From: Candidatus Methylomirabilota bacterium
GTDB taxonomy: Bacteria; Methylomirabilota; Methylomirabilia; Rokubacteriales; CSP1-6
NCBI GenBank assembly: GCA_046726415.1
Contig: JBKPAK010000032.1
Coordinates: forward strand, 1-30,996
Direction: 5' to 3'
DNA length: 30,996 nt
Made by a program: the position numbers and the translations under genes
The notes under the pieces: model-generated
Told to the model about the DNA's origin: nothing
What the model saw: only the letters and a program-made list of their open reading frames with translations
Databases searched by the model: none
Shown here: positions 1 through 9,535 of the stretch, piece after piece
Layout of the letters: every line of letters begins with the position of its first letter
Position numbering within the stretch: the stretch's first letter is position 1

Positions 1-522
1 GGCTTGGGACCGATGACGGATTCGGCGACCCGATAATATTTACCTTGGAACTCTACTGGATCGGTCGTCCAAATGGTCTTGAGGGCCTGGATAATCTCGT
101 CAGCGCGTTTGCCGCGCTCCTCCCACGGCACACCAGCCGCTTCGTATTCGTCCGGAGACCAACCCATGCCGAAGCCGATTCGCAGCCGACCCGCAGACAA
201 CACGTCAAGCGTGGTCAACCGTCGCGCCAAGAGCACGGGATTGTACAAGGGGAGGTCGAGGACGCTCGTGCCAAGCGCAACCCGCCGCGTGTGCGCAGCG
301 GCGAACGTTAACGTCTCCAGAGGATCGAGCACATTCTTATACTTGACTGGCAGAGAGCCATCGCCGATCGCGCTCGGGTGGACGTGGACTATGCTGCCAG
401 AGAATCCGTTCGATAACCCAAAGGCTGTCGAAGTCCAAAGCTTCAGCTCGTGTGGCACAGCGGGCTACGGTCTCCGGGCCAATCCCTGAACCTAACTGGG
501 GAAGTGTGAATCCTAACCGCAT
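1..522 (-). CDS. LLM-class (luciferase-like, probably F420-dependent) oxidoreductase; frameshift near 380; runs off the window edge
   Basis: The N-terminus MRLGFTLPQLG...AEALDFDSLWVIER continues in a shifted frame as GDGSLPVKYKNVLDPLETLTFAAAHTRRVALGTSVLDLPLYNPVLLARRLTTLDVLSAGRL, which are typical LLM motifs. Confidence 0.85.
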
Positions 523-636
523 TTTAACCTCCTAAATAATTCTCTGCGGATCATCCCGTGCTAATGAGTACTCGGCTTTACGCTTCCCAACGTAGATGGA
601 TGGTGTCGCCTTCCCATAGCTCTCGGGCGGACGCCC

Positions 637-1292
637 TTAAGAACCAAGCCCCATTGCCTTGACGGCTTCGTCCGTCGTCAACACCGCGTGCGCGAGATAG
701 GCGTAGTTGATGAGTACGGCAGTATAACCGTAGCCCCATTGGGATGCTTTGGCGCGGCCGTCGCATCTTTCGCGACGGCGACTTCGAACCCCTGCTCCAG
801 CAAGGCGCGTAAGTGCGACTCGACGCACAGGTTAGCGAACATGCCGCCGAGAATGACCGTACTCATCTTGCGTTTCCGCAGCTGGAGGACGAGGTCGTTG
901 GTCTCGGGCCCAAACACGCGATGGGGTGCAACCACAATGGTCTTGCCGTCCTGAATATACAACTTAAACCGCTCCAGCCAGTCGGCGCCGGAGCCGGCCA
1001 GACCTTCGAGAGTCAAGACTCCCGTGCGCGCGAACATACCGGAGTTCGCCTCATCGCTTTCGAGCGGTCCGTTGAATCTCCATCCTTTGTCCGTCGGGTA
1101 AAAATAGTGCGGAGAGATGAAGACCTCGAAACCGTGCGCCTTGGCCGCCTTGAAGAGGCGCTCCATGTTCTCAAGTGTCCTGTTTTCGTTAAGACTCTCA
1201 TGGACGAGGGGCCACGCGAGGCCTCGTTCACTTAAGACCTCATTCTGCGGGTCGATAAAGACAATGGCGGTGTCGCTCTTGTCGATGTTCAT
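637..1292 (-). CDS. Cysteine hydrolase (isochorismatase family); frameshift near 745
   Basis: Motifs VFIDPQNE and GMFANLCVESHLR. The natural C-terminus (WGYGYTAVLINYAYLAHAVLTTDEAVKAM) lies in the 637..828 frame. GGAGG RBS upstream. Confidence 0.88.
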
Positions 1293-1584
1293 CGTGCTCC
1301 TCCGTGGATGTGTATTCTTGGCATTCGTGGTCTCCTGTCGGGACTCTCGTCCGCGATCGTCTCTGGAGCATTAGTAGCAGTAACGGTAGGTTCCCGATCC
1401 TCTGCTGCACGGTCTCAAGCGGCCCCTGAATGACTCGCCCCGCCACCGATCGGTCGGAGGCCGCTGGTCGGCGTTCCATTCCCTGGCGTAAGTCACGACC
1501 GCCATCACTTGAGCCGTCGCGAATAGCGTGGTGAACATGACGACCGCTCTTTCCTTTTCGGCTTGGCCGAATCCGCGGGTCTTG

Positions 1585-1989
1585 TCACCTGGGATGATCC
1601 GACCCGCCGTCCCGTGGCGTCCGGGCGGGTCTTTCTGGCAAGATGCCGACATTCCGGCGCTGGTAGTTGCTCGGGGTGACTCCCATGGACCGGCGGAAGC
1701 GGTTCGTGAAGTGACTGCCGGTCCGGAAGCCCACCGCGAGCGCCACCTCGCCGATAGGCCGCTCCGGATCGTCGAGCAGCAGCCTGGCCGCTTCGATCCG
1801 GCGCCGGATCACGAACTGTCGCGGGGTAACGCCGGCGGCCCGATGGAAGAGCCGCGCGAAATGATAGGGGCTCATGTGCACCACCGCGCTCAGCTCCGCG
1901 AGGGCGAGCTTCCGGGTCAGGTTCGCCTCCACGTGCTCAGCGACTCGCCGGAGGCGGGACTGCGGCAAGCCACCCCGGTGCGCGTCCAT
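1585..1989 (-). CDS. AraC-family HTH protein (DNA-binding domain only, no sensor domain)
   Basis: GGLPQSRLRRVAEHVEANL...LAELSAVVHMSPYHFARLF...IGEVALAVGFRTGSHFTNRFRRSMGVTPS. The ATG at 1989 overlaps the upstream stop codon (TGATG). Confidence 0.88.
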   Translation of the reverse strand: MDAHRGGLPQSRLRRVAEHVEANLTRKLALAELSAVVHMSPYHFARLFHRAAGVTPRQFVIRRRIEAARLLLDDPERPIGEVALAVGFRTGSHFTNRFRRSMGVTPSNYQRRNVGILPERPARTPRDGGSDHPR

Positions 1990-2654
1990 CACGGCCGGCC
2001 GCAGCCGACCGCAGCGAGGCGGCACGCAACGCGCCGCCTGCGGGGGACGACTTCGCCCGCGGCCAGGTACCCGGCGAGCCGCTCGCGGAGCAGCAAGCGC
2101 GCCCGGTGGAGCCGCGTCTTGGAACTGGTGACGGTGATGCCAAGCAGCTCGGCGGTCTCCTGATGCGACAGCCCCTCGACGTCGTGCAGTACGACGACCG
2201 TGCGGTGGTCCGCCGGCAGCTCGTCGAGCGCAGTCGTCAAGACTCTCCGAAGCTCGCTCTGGACCGATGGGTCGTCCACGCGCGCGGACCAGTCAATCAC
2301 CGGCCTCACGTGCCGGCCGTGCTCATCGAAGGGCGGCAGCAGCTCATCCAGCGAGAGCTCTCCGTGCCGCCCGCGCAGGCTGCGGAGTTTCTGGAACGCA
2401 GCATTCGCGACGATCCGATACAGCCACGAGCCGAACCGGGAATCGCCGCGGAAGGCGTCGATCTTCCGGACGACGATCCAGAAGGCGTCCTGGACCGCCT
2501 CCTCGGCATCCAATGCGTTCCCGGTGATCCGTATGGCCAGGCGATACGCCCGGTCACCGTACGTGGAGACGAGGCGCTCGGCCGCGCTCGGCTCGCGCGC
2601 CCGGAGCGCCTCCACCAGATCCTGGTCGTGATCGATCCTCGCCTCGATAAGCAT
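1989..2654 (-). CDS. ECF-type sigma-70 factor
   Basis: Region 2: DAEEAVQDAFW...FRGDSRFGSWLYRIVAN. Region 4: LPADHRTVVVLHDVEGLSHQETAELLGITVTSSKTRLHRAR. GGAGG RBS before the ATG at 2654. Confidence 0.93.
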   Translation of the reverse strand: MLIEARIDHDQDLVEALRAREPSAAERLVSTYGDRAYRLAIRITGNALDAEEAVQDAFWIVVRKIDAFRGDSRFGSWLYRIVANAAFQKLRSLRGRHGELSLDELLPPFDEHGRHVRPVIDWSARVDDPSVQSELRRVLTTALDELPADHRTVVVLHDVEGLSHQETAELLGITVTSSKTRLHRARLLLRERLAGYLAAGEVVPRRRRVACRLAAVGCGRP

Positions 2655-2734
2655 GGCCCTGTGCCTCCCTGCGTTGGACGTGTTCGGTGTGCGTTCGGCT
2701 TCCCCGATCGCAACCGACCTGGCCACCTGACATA

Positions 2735-2751
2735 CGGCACAAGTTGTGCCG
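2735..2751. promoter_or_regulatory. Perfect palindrome that also fits sigma-54 -24/-12 spacing
   Basis: cggcacaa-g-ttgtgccg gives GG-N10-GC on both strands, about 80 nt upstream of the ECF gene. Confidence 0.5.
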
Positions 2752-2826
2752 GGCCGGGCCCGGAACGGGAACTGCCGAGCCGAAGCGGAGTTACGGGGTC
2801 CTTTCCCGCAAGCCAAGCAACGCCAC

Positions 2827-2862
2827 CACGAGATCTCGCTGCCGCGTTCACGAGATTTCGCT
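2827..2862. repeat. 14-bp direct repeat with 22-bp period; candidate activator binding sites
   Basis: cacgagatctcgct (2827-2840) and cacgagatttcgct (2849-2862). Confidence 0.55.
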
Positions 2863-2940
2863 AGACTCCCGCCATGTGCCCGGAGGCCCTGCGGCCGGTG
2901 GCCCTGTCCCGACCGGAGACGCTGCGGCGGGCGTTCTGCA

Positions 2941-3275
2941 CAGCACGAAAAAGGTCTCCACCTGCTTCACCCCGCGGTCTGCCGGGCGAGCCGTACAGCC
3001 TCCGGGCCGGCTGCAGATCCCCGTCGGGACGACGCCCCCGAGCACCATCACACCCTGTCGGCAGTACACGTCGATACGGCTGGTGCCGCGCACCGGCGAG
3101 GCCAGAAGAGAGCCGCCTTGAGCTGGACTTCGGCCGGCGTGTCGGTCTCCTGCGTGGACAGTGACCGAAGATCGGTGGCGGCCCCATAGGTTTCGTGGAC
3201 AACCGAGGTGGCGGCAACAATGGGATTACACGCCGCCAGGCTGATCACCAACATGAGGCCGCGTACCTGTCTCAT
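2941..3275 (-). pseudogene. BON-domain lipoprotein, N-terminal half (frameshifted, truncated)
   Basis: Lipobox LAAC. Continues as TDTPAEVQLKAAL / IDVYCRQGVMVLGGVVP / RGVKQVETFFV, a BON-like pattern. Confidence 0.7.
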
Positions 3276-3401
3276 GGGCTTCTCCTGCATCAAACGACTC
3301 ATCCGAGGGACACGTCGACGATGACCCTTCAGCCTGACGAAAGTCGGCCTGGTTCGCTCGTCACGGACGGCAGCATCGCCGGAGCGAACCGCGGTTGTCC
3401 T

Positions 3402-3439
3402 GAAGATCTCTCGAAATTTCGCGGAAAGTTCGCGGAAGG
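3402..3439. promoter_or_regulatory. Tandem 11-bp direct repeats (OmpR/wHTH-type operator candidate)
   Basis: gaagatctctc gaaatttcgcg gaaagttcgcg gaagg. A near-identical array occurs at 9375-9410. Confidence 0.65.
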
Positions 3440-3461
3440 ACGCGGGACGAGAAGACCGCGC

Positions 3462-6400
3462 CTAGATGCGGCCCGCTCGACGGCTGACTTCGGGATTTTT
3501 CAGCTGGCCCAGTAGCCTTCGCGCCTCCGTCAGATCAGCTGTTCCGATTCGCGGCCCGAACCATCCACAGATGCCGCCAAGCAATCGCCGCGCCTCGGCG
3601 GTGCGCCCGCGCGCGTGCCAGGCACGGGCCAGGCTGGTCGCCGCGCGGAGCTCCAGTGACTTTGCCCCCGATGAGCGCGCCAATTGCAGCGCGCGCCGGA
3701 AGCATCGCTCGGCTTCCACCGGGGAGCGCGCGAGGGATCCATGGTCAGCCGCCACGTCGCGTGCCCCGTGCGGCAAGGCGTCTCCTGGCCGCCGGCTTTC
3801 CACGCCAGATGGGCGGCCGGCGACTCCCAGCAGAAGCTCGCCCTTCAGGCGCCACAGCTCCGGCTCGTAGCCATGGTCGAGGGTGTCGCGCGCCAGCGCC
3901 AGCCCTGCGTCCGCTGCCTCCATCGCGTCGACGATGAGGCCGGCGCGCATGCGCCCTTCGGTCAGGAACGCATGGGCATAAGTCGAGAAGTGCGTCGCGC
4001 CTGTTGCGCGCATGGTGGAGAGCGCGCGCTCAATGACCCGGCTGCCTTCAGCGGCCTGGCCTTGCTGCACCAATGCCCAGCCGCTCAGCGAAGACGAAAC
4101 GCCGTGCCAGTAATCGAACTCGTACTCAGCGGACAACGCCACCGACTCCTCGGCCAGAGCGTAACCCTTCTCCGTATCGCGGCAGAGCAGACTGACGAGC
4201 GCGCTGTGCATGAGCACCGCGGTAAGCGTGAACACACGGCCCGATTCCCGCGCCCGGAGCACGGCGTCCTGGGCGCATGTCTGCGCGCGCTCAGGGTGGC
4301 CGAGGAACCAGAGCGCCATGGCGAAGTGCCCGGTCGCGGCAAGCACTGGGTCCGGCCCGTACGCGATCGGGTTAGCTGTGGTCTCTCTGCTCGCCTGTCG
4401 CAACAGGTAGCGCTGCATGGAGCGCTGAGCGTCGACGAAGCGGCCATCATAGAACATGGTCCGCACCATGACGGAGTCGGCCACCACTCGATTCTCGGCC
4501 GTACCCCGGCGTCGCGCGATCCTTGCCAGCTCCCCGGCGATCGCGAACGTCTCCTTCCGTTGCGCGCGCATGGCATGCACAAACCAGCGTGCGTAGAGGA
4601 TGCTCAGGCGCTGCGCCGCACTGCCCACTCGCGCGCACAGCTCCGAGGCTCGCTCGTAATTTGTCCGGACGTGCTCCGAGGCGTATCCGTGGGTCTCGGC
4701 CAGAGCCGCTCCGAGAGCCAGCCGCAGTTCCAGCTCCTGGAGGCGCCGTGCGCGCTCGTCGGGCTCCCGCGCGGCGGTCGCCAGTGCGGCCTCGAGGTAT
4801 CCGATCGCCTCTCGATTGGCGAATCGCTGGCGCGCGGCGGCCGCGGCGGCGGCCAGGTACTCGACGGCCCTCGCACCATCGCGCCCCTGCTCGAAGTGCA
4901 CTGCGAGCCGGGGGGCGACTTCCATTCGCCGGGCACCATACGCGGCCTCCAGCGCCCGGCCGATGCGCTGGTGGAGCTGAATGCATTGTCCCTCGGTGAT
5001 CTGCCCGTAGACGACCTGTCGGTACAGCTCGTGGCTGAAGGCATAGCGCGGGGATACGCGGCGGTCCGGCCATTCGACGTGCCCGGCGGGTCGCAGAAAG
5101 CCCCGCGCGCGCGCCAGGACGCCGCATCGCATTTCCGTGTCGGCGAGGTCCTGGCCGAGAGCAGCCGCCACGACGATCGGGCTGAAATCCTCTCCCGCGC
5201 AACTTGCCGCCTGCAGCACAGCGCGGTCGCCGGGGCTGAGGCTGTCGAGCTGGCTCTCGATGAGCAGCCTGACGTTGTCCGGTATGTTCAGCTCGATCAT
5301 CTGGAGTGGCACCGGCAGCGCCCACCCCGGCCCCGTGTTGAGGATGTGGCCGCGTGACAGCAAGGAGTCGACGACGCCGACCACAAAGAGCGGATGGCCG
5401 TCGGTGTTCCGATGGATCATCGGCGCGAGCCGTGACGGAAGGTCGCTTCCGGGAAAACGGGCCCGCAAGTAGTCCTGGACTCCCTCCACGGTCAGGTCCG
5501 ACAACGCAAGCTCGATGTACCCACGGCGCGCCTTCAGCGTCCGTGCGACGTGGAGCACAGGGTGTTCATGGACAACGGCCTCGGCCAGGCGATACGTGCC
5601 GATCACCAGCAATCGCGCGGTGTCGTCGCGCTCGCCGAGGACCGAGAGCAGATCGACGGTCGACGGGTCGCTCCAGTGCAGGTCCTCAAGAACGAGCACG
5701 AGTGGCGTTTCGTCCGTCAGCTCTTCCATGAAGGCGGCAAACTCCCGCAGCATGCGTTCGGGTCGGACGAATTGGAGGGTCCGCTCCAAGGTCTGCGCCT
5801 CGTCCTCACCGATCAACCATGGCGTCTGCGCCAACCACGTCGGCGCCACCCGGCGGAGCAGGCCGCCCACGCGGCCGGCGTCGAACCGGCGCGCCAGCCG
5901 CCCGAGCGCCTCGAGCACTGCCATGTACGGCTCGCGCAGTCCGATCTGCTCGACGCAGGATCCACGTGCGACCATGGCTGCTGCACGGACCTCTGGCGAG
6001 GCGAGAAAGGCCTCGACTAGGGCTGTCTTGCCGATGCCCGCCGGCCCGGTGATGAAGACGACCTGGCGTCGGCCCGTGCGCGCCTGCGCAAGCAGCTCTG
6101 CGAGCCGGCGCAGCTCCTCGGCGCGGCCGACGAACGGAGCGGGGGCAAGATCGCCAATGTCCGGTGACCGGCCACTGCCTACGGCCACCGACACCCCATG
6201 ATCGGCGGCCACTGATCCGAGCTCGCTGCTCGCCGGAGGCTGCTCACTGACCGGCGCGATGAAGCGGAATCCGCGCCGCTGCACCGTCTCGATGACACGC
6301 GGCGTTCTGAAGCTATCCCCGAGCGCCACGCGCAGCTCGCCGATCGACTTGCTCAGGACGGACTCGCTGACCACCGCATCCGCCCAGACGGCATCCAGCA

Positions 6401-6584
6401 ACTCCCGCTTGGCGACGAGCACACCGGGGCGCTCGGCCAGATAGCGCAGCACCGACCAGGTCTTTGGCCGCAACGGGATGGGCGTGCGCCCGCGCAGGAG
6501 GAGCCCCGCGCGGAGATCCACGCGAAAAGACCCGAAGGCGATTGCCTCGGTCCGAGAGACCAGCGGATCGATGCCTGGTGCCAT
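3462..6584 (-). CDS. Winged-helix (OmpR/Trans_reg_C) + AAA/STAND ATPase + TPR-like transcriptional regulator
   Basis: N-terminal LRPKTWSVLRYL...IETVQRRGFRF; Walker A GPAGIGKT; Walker B LVLEDLHW; C-terminal AKSLELRAATSLAR. Intact 1040 aa ORF. Confidence 0.92.
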   Translation of the reverse strand: MAPGIDPLVSRTEAIAFGSFRVDLRAGLLLRGRTPIPLRPKTWSVLRYLAERPGVLVAKRELLDAVWADAVVSESVLSKSIGELRVALGDSFRTPRVIETVQRRGFRFIAPVSEQPPASSELGSVAADHGVSVAVGSGRSPDIGDLAPAPFVGRAEELRRLAELLAQARTGRRQVVFITGPAGIGKTALVEAFLASPEVRAAAMVARGSCVEQIGLREPYMAVLEALGRLARRFDAGRVGGLLRRVAPTWLAQTPWLIGEDEAQTLERTLQFVRPERMLREFAAFMEELTDETPLVLVLEDLHWSDPSTVDLLSVLGERDDTARLLVIGTYRLAEAVVHEHPVLHVARTLKARRGYIELALSDLTVEGVQDYLRARFPGSDLPSRLAPMIHRNTDGHPLFVVGVVDSLLSRGHILNTGPGWALPVPLQMIELNIPDNVRLLIESQLDSLSPGDRAVLQAASCAGEDFSPIVVAAALGQDLADTEMRCGVLARARGFLRPAGHVEWPDRRVSPRYAFSHELYRQVVYGQITEGQCIQLHQRIGRALEAAYGARRMEVAPRLAVHFEQGRDGARAVEYLAAAAAAARQRFANREAIGYLEAALATAAREPDERARRLQELELRLALGAALAETHGYASEHVRTNYERASELCARVGSAAQRLSILYARWFVHAMRAQRKETFAIAGELARIARRRGTAENRVVADSVMVRTMFYDGRFVDAQRSMQRYLLRQASRETTANPIAYGPDPVLAATGHFAMALWFLGHPERAQTCAQDAVLRARESGRVFTLTAVLMHSALVSLLCRDTEKGYALAEESVALSAEYEFDYWHGVSSSLSGWALVQQGQAAEGSRVIERALSTMRATGATHFSTYAHAFLTEGRMRAGLIVDAMEAADAGLALARDTLDHGYEPELWRLKGELLLGVAGRPSGVESRRPGDALPHGARDVAADHGSLARSPVEAERCFRRALQLARSSGAKSLELRAATSLARAWHARGRTAEARRLLGGICGWFGPRIGTADLTEARRLLGQLKNPEVSRRAGRI

Positions 6585-6668
6585 CGGTTGGTCCCCGTTG
6601 ACGAATATACAAGAGTCTGTGGTGCCGCTCGACTGGCGCGGCTGGTACTGGGGTTGGTGTTGCGCAGG

Positions 6669-7497
6669 TCAATGCAGATCCAGCGGACGTCGTCCTCGTA
6701 CCGTTCCACCGGGTTGAAAAACGAGGCGGCTGCCAGGATCAGAGCTTCGAGAACCGATCGTTCTCGCGGGCGCCGCGACGGAGACGACGCGCGCTCCCGC
6801 CTTCTCGATGGCCCGCGCCACGAGGCCGAACTTCCTCGCGTCCTCGACCACGCGGCGGAGGTAGGCGAGGCCGGCGTCGGGACCGCGCGGCACGGCGATC
6901 GATTGCTGCACGCCCATGAACCGGCTTTCCACCAGTCGGGATCCCGGCAGCTTCCCGGCCAGGCCGAGCAGCCCCTGGGTCAAGCCGGCGAGCGCGTCCA
7001 CCTGGCCGGTCGCTAGCAAGTTGAAGGCAGCGTCGCCGCCGGGCGCCGACACCAGGCGCGCTCGCTTCAGGTTGCGGCTCAGGAACAGCTCGTAGTTCGC
7101 CCGGGACGGCGCGGCCACCCGCACGCCATCCCGGTCCACCTCCGCCGCCGTCCGCAGCGCCGAGCCCGCCGGGACCAGGTACGTCGCGTCGATCTCGAGG
7201 TAGGCCGCGGTGAAGCTCATCAGGGACTCGGGCGCGGGATCGGAGCCGAGGAACGCGATGTTCCAGACGCCCCGTGGGGGCGGCGTCGCCGATGACGGCG
7301 ACGCCGTCGTAGGGCACGATCTCCACGGGCACGCCGAGCCGCCGGCCCACCTCGTGGAGCACGTCGATGGCCACTCCGCGCGACTCCCCGGTCGCCCGAT
7401 CCTTGGTGGCGAGAATGAAGTTGCCGTAGTTGACCCCGGCGCGAACCTTGCCCGTGGGGGCGAGATCGGCGCGGACGGCCGGCGTGATGTCGCTCAT
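6669..7497 (-). CDS. ABC/polar amino-acid substrate-binding protein (family 3); frameshift near 7270; natural stop unclear
   Basis: MSDITPAVRADLAPTGKVRAGVNYGN...; FTAAYLEIDATYLVPAGS...EVDRDGVRVA...GLVARAIEKAG. Confidence 0.8.
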
Positions 7498-7505
7498 GGC
7501 GCTCC

Positions 7506-7763
7506 TCAGTCGATCATGTCGTAGCTGCGCAGGAGCTTGCCTGGCAAGGCCCCCGTGCAGGTGTTGCTCTCGAACGTGACGGCGCCGTTCACGAGGATGT
7601 AGCGCATGCCCGCGGGCTTCTGCATGCGGCGCCATTCGCCCCGGGGAAATCACTGGCGTACGTGGGCTTGTCGTAGATGTAGCCGAGCTCCTCGACGCTG
7701 AGGGCGGATTCACGTGCGCCGGCACGGATCGTAGACCATGATGTCGGCCCAGTCGCCGATGCG
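7506..7763 (-). pseudogene. C-terminal fragment of an N-acyl-D-amino-acid deacylase-like amidohydrolase
   Basis: RIGDWADIMVYD ... DFPGGEWRRMQKPAGMRYILVNGAVTFESNTCTGALPGKLLRSYDMID*, read across frames. Confidence 0.7.
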
Positions 7764-9059
7764 CACCGCGGACAGGTTGCCCTCGGTGAAATAGAAGACT
7801 TCGTTGCGCTTCGACGGGCCCTTCGCCGTGATGAGGCCCGTTTGATCGTAGCCGTCGAGATGGACCTTGTACGTGCGATCCCCGATCTGCTTGCCCTTCT
7901 TGAACTCTTCGACGATGCTCGGGTTGCCGGCCGCCGCCACGAGCGTCGGGAACCAGTCGAGGCCTGACATGACCTGGTTCTCGATCTTTCCGGCGGGCAC
8001 CCTTCCCGGCCAGCGCACGATCATCGGGGCGCGGAAGCCGCCCTCCAGGGCCGTGCCCTTGCCGCCGGCGAACGGCGTCTGGCCGCCGTCGGGCCAGGTG
8101 AAGTTCTCGGCGCCGTTGTCGGTGGTGAAGCCGAGGATCGTGTTGTTCTCGATGCCCAGGTCCCGGAGCTTCTGCATCACCGCACCGACGATGTCGTCGA
8201 TTTGCGCCATTCCGGCTTCCGAGATGCTCCAGCCGTTCTGCGGGGTCCGCGTCTTCTGGTACTTCTCGGAGAGGTGCGTCACCACGTGCATGCGCGTGGG
8301 GTTGAGCCAGACGAAGAACGGCTTGTTCTCGCGCTTGGCCTTGTCGATGAACGCCAGGGCGTGACTGAGGATTTCGTCGTCTACCGTCTCCATTCGTTTG
8401 GGACAGAGCTCTCGCGCGTCCTCGATCTCTGTTTTCCGACCTTGCTCCAGCGCGGCTGAACGGTAGGATCATCCACGCCGGTCGCCCAGGTATGCAGCAT
8501 GTGTCGCGGATCCACCGTCTCCTTCAGCGCGGGCGGGTAGTTTGGGTGACAGGGGTCCTCCATCGCGTCGAGGTGATAGAGATAGCCGAAGAATTCATCG
8601 AACCCGTGCACCGTGGGGAGGAAGCGGTTCAAGTCGCCCAGGTGGTTCTTGCCGAACTGGCCGGTGGCGTAACCCATCGATTTGAGCACGGTGGCGATGG
8701 TGGGTGCCTCGTCCGGGATGCCGAGCGGAGACCCAGCCTGGCCGACCGTGGTCAGCCCCGTGCGGATGGGAAGCTCGCCGGCGATGAAGTTCGCGCGGCC
8801 CGCCGTGCTGCTTGCCTCGGCGTAGTAGTCGGTGAACATCATGCCCTGAGATGCGAGCGTGTCGAGGTTCGGCGTCCGGCTAGCCATCATGCCCCGGTGA
8901 TAGGCGCTGATGTTGAACCAGCCGACGTCGTCGCCCATGATCATGATGATGTTGGGCCCTCGCGGGCGTCTGCGCGTGCGCGGTCGATGTGACCAGCAAG
9001 ACGGCCGCAAGCCCAGCGAGGACGTGCCACACGCAACGCTTCCCTGTTTCCTTGCTCAT
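7749..9059 (-). pseudogene. Arylsulfatase with signal peptide; frameshifts near 8960 and 8430; C-terminus missing
   Basis: PNIIMIMGDDVGW, TPNLDTLA, YAEASSTAGRANF, GKNHLGD, HGFDEFFG, FTTDNGAE, EGGFRAP, HLDGYDQ. Confidence 0.9.
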
Positions 9060-9098
9060 CGTCTGCCTCCTCCAGCACGTCAGGTGCTCGAGCTGCTC

Positions 9099-9281
9099 TC
9101 ACTGCTCTCCGAGCTCGCAGAGCAGCTTTCCCAGGACCGCCACGAGCTCGCGCGACGAGGCGAAGCGGGCGCGACGGCCCGAGCTCATGTGCTCCACACG
9201 CCCCGAGAACGTGCGCGCGCGCGGGTTGGTCTCGCGGCTGAACTGCACCACGAAGGCCTTCCACACCGGTAGCGTCTGCAT
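9099..9281 (-). CDS. Small (60 aa) conserved-looking hypothetical protein
   Basis: MQTLPVWKAFVVQFSRET...FSGRVEHMSSGRRARFASSRELVAVL. Lies directly downstream of the repeat array and upstream of the sulfatase. Confidence 0.7.
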   Translation of the reverse strand: MQTLPVWKAFVVQFSRETNPRARTFSGRVEHMSSGRRARFASSRELVAVLGKLLCELGEQ

Positions 9282-9374
9282 GTCTTCGCCGGCCGTCGTC
9301 GGTGGCCGGCGCGGACCACGGGCCCGTCTCGTCGTCACGGCCCGCAGGATCCCCGGAATGAACTCCGTCGTCTT

Positions 9375-9410
9375 GAAAGTCTGTGGAAATTTCTCGGAAA
9401 GTTGGCGGAT
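9375..9410. promoter_or_regulatory. Tandem 11-bp direct repeats, second copy
   Basis: gaaagtctgtg gaaatttctcg gaaagttggcg gat. The core is 22/24 identical to 3413-3436. Confidence 0.65.
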
Positions 9411-9535
9411 GCTTTCGGAGCGCACACTCCGGCTGCTTCTGCAGTTGGCCGGCCAGGGCTTCCGCCTCGATCGGATCACCGTCCGGGGCACGCTCCGCCC
9501 CATCCGCATCGCGGTCGGGCGAGGGCCGCCTGCAT

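Noticed and set aside
3684-5357. Long plus-strand ORFs (557 aa here; likewise 26517-28106, and 14880-16484 on the minus strand)
   Set aside because: These are antisense shadows of real genes in high-GC DNA and show no motifs.
6650-6740. FFNPVERYEDDVRWICIDLRNTNP, a possible alpha/beta hydrolase scrap
   Set aside because: It is too short and degenerate to call.
6739-8472. 577-aa minus-strand ORF
   Set aside because: It is an off-frame read-through of the sulfatase, amidohydrolase and SBP pieces. Only its 7497-7270 part is truly coding.
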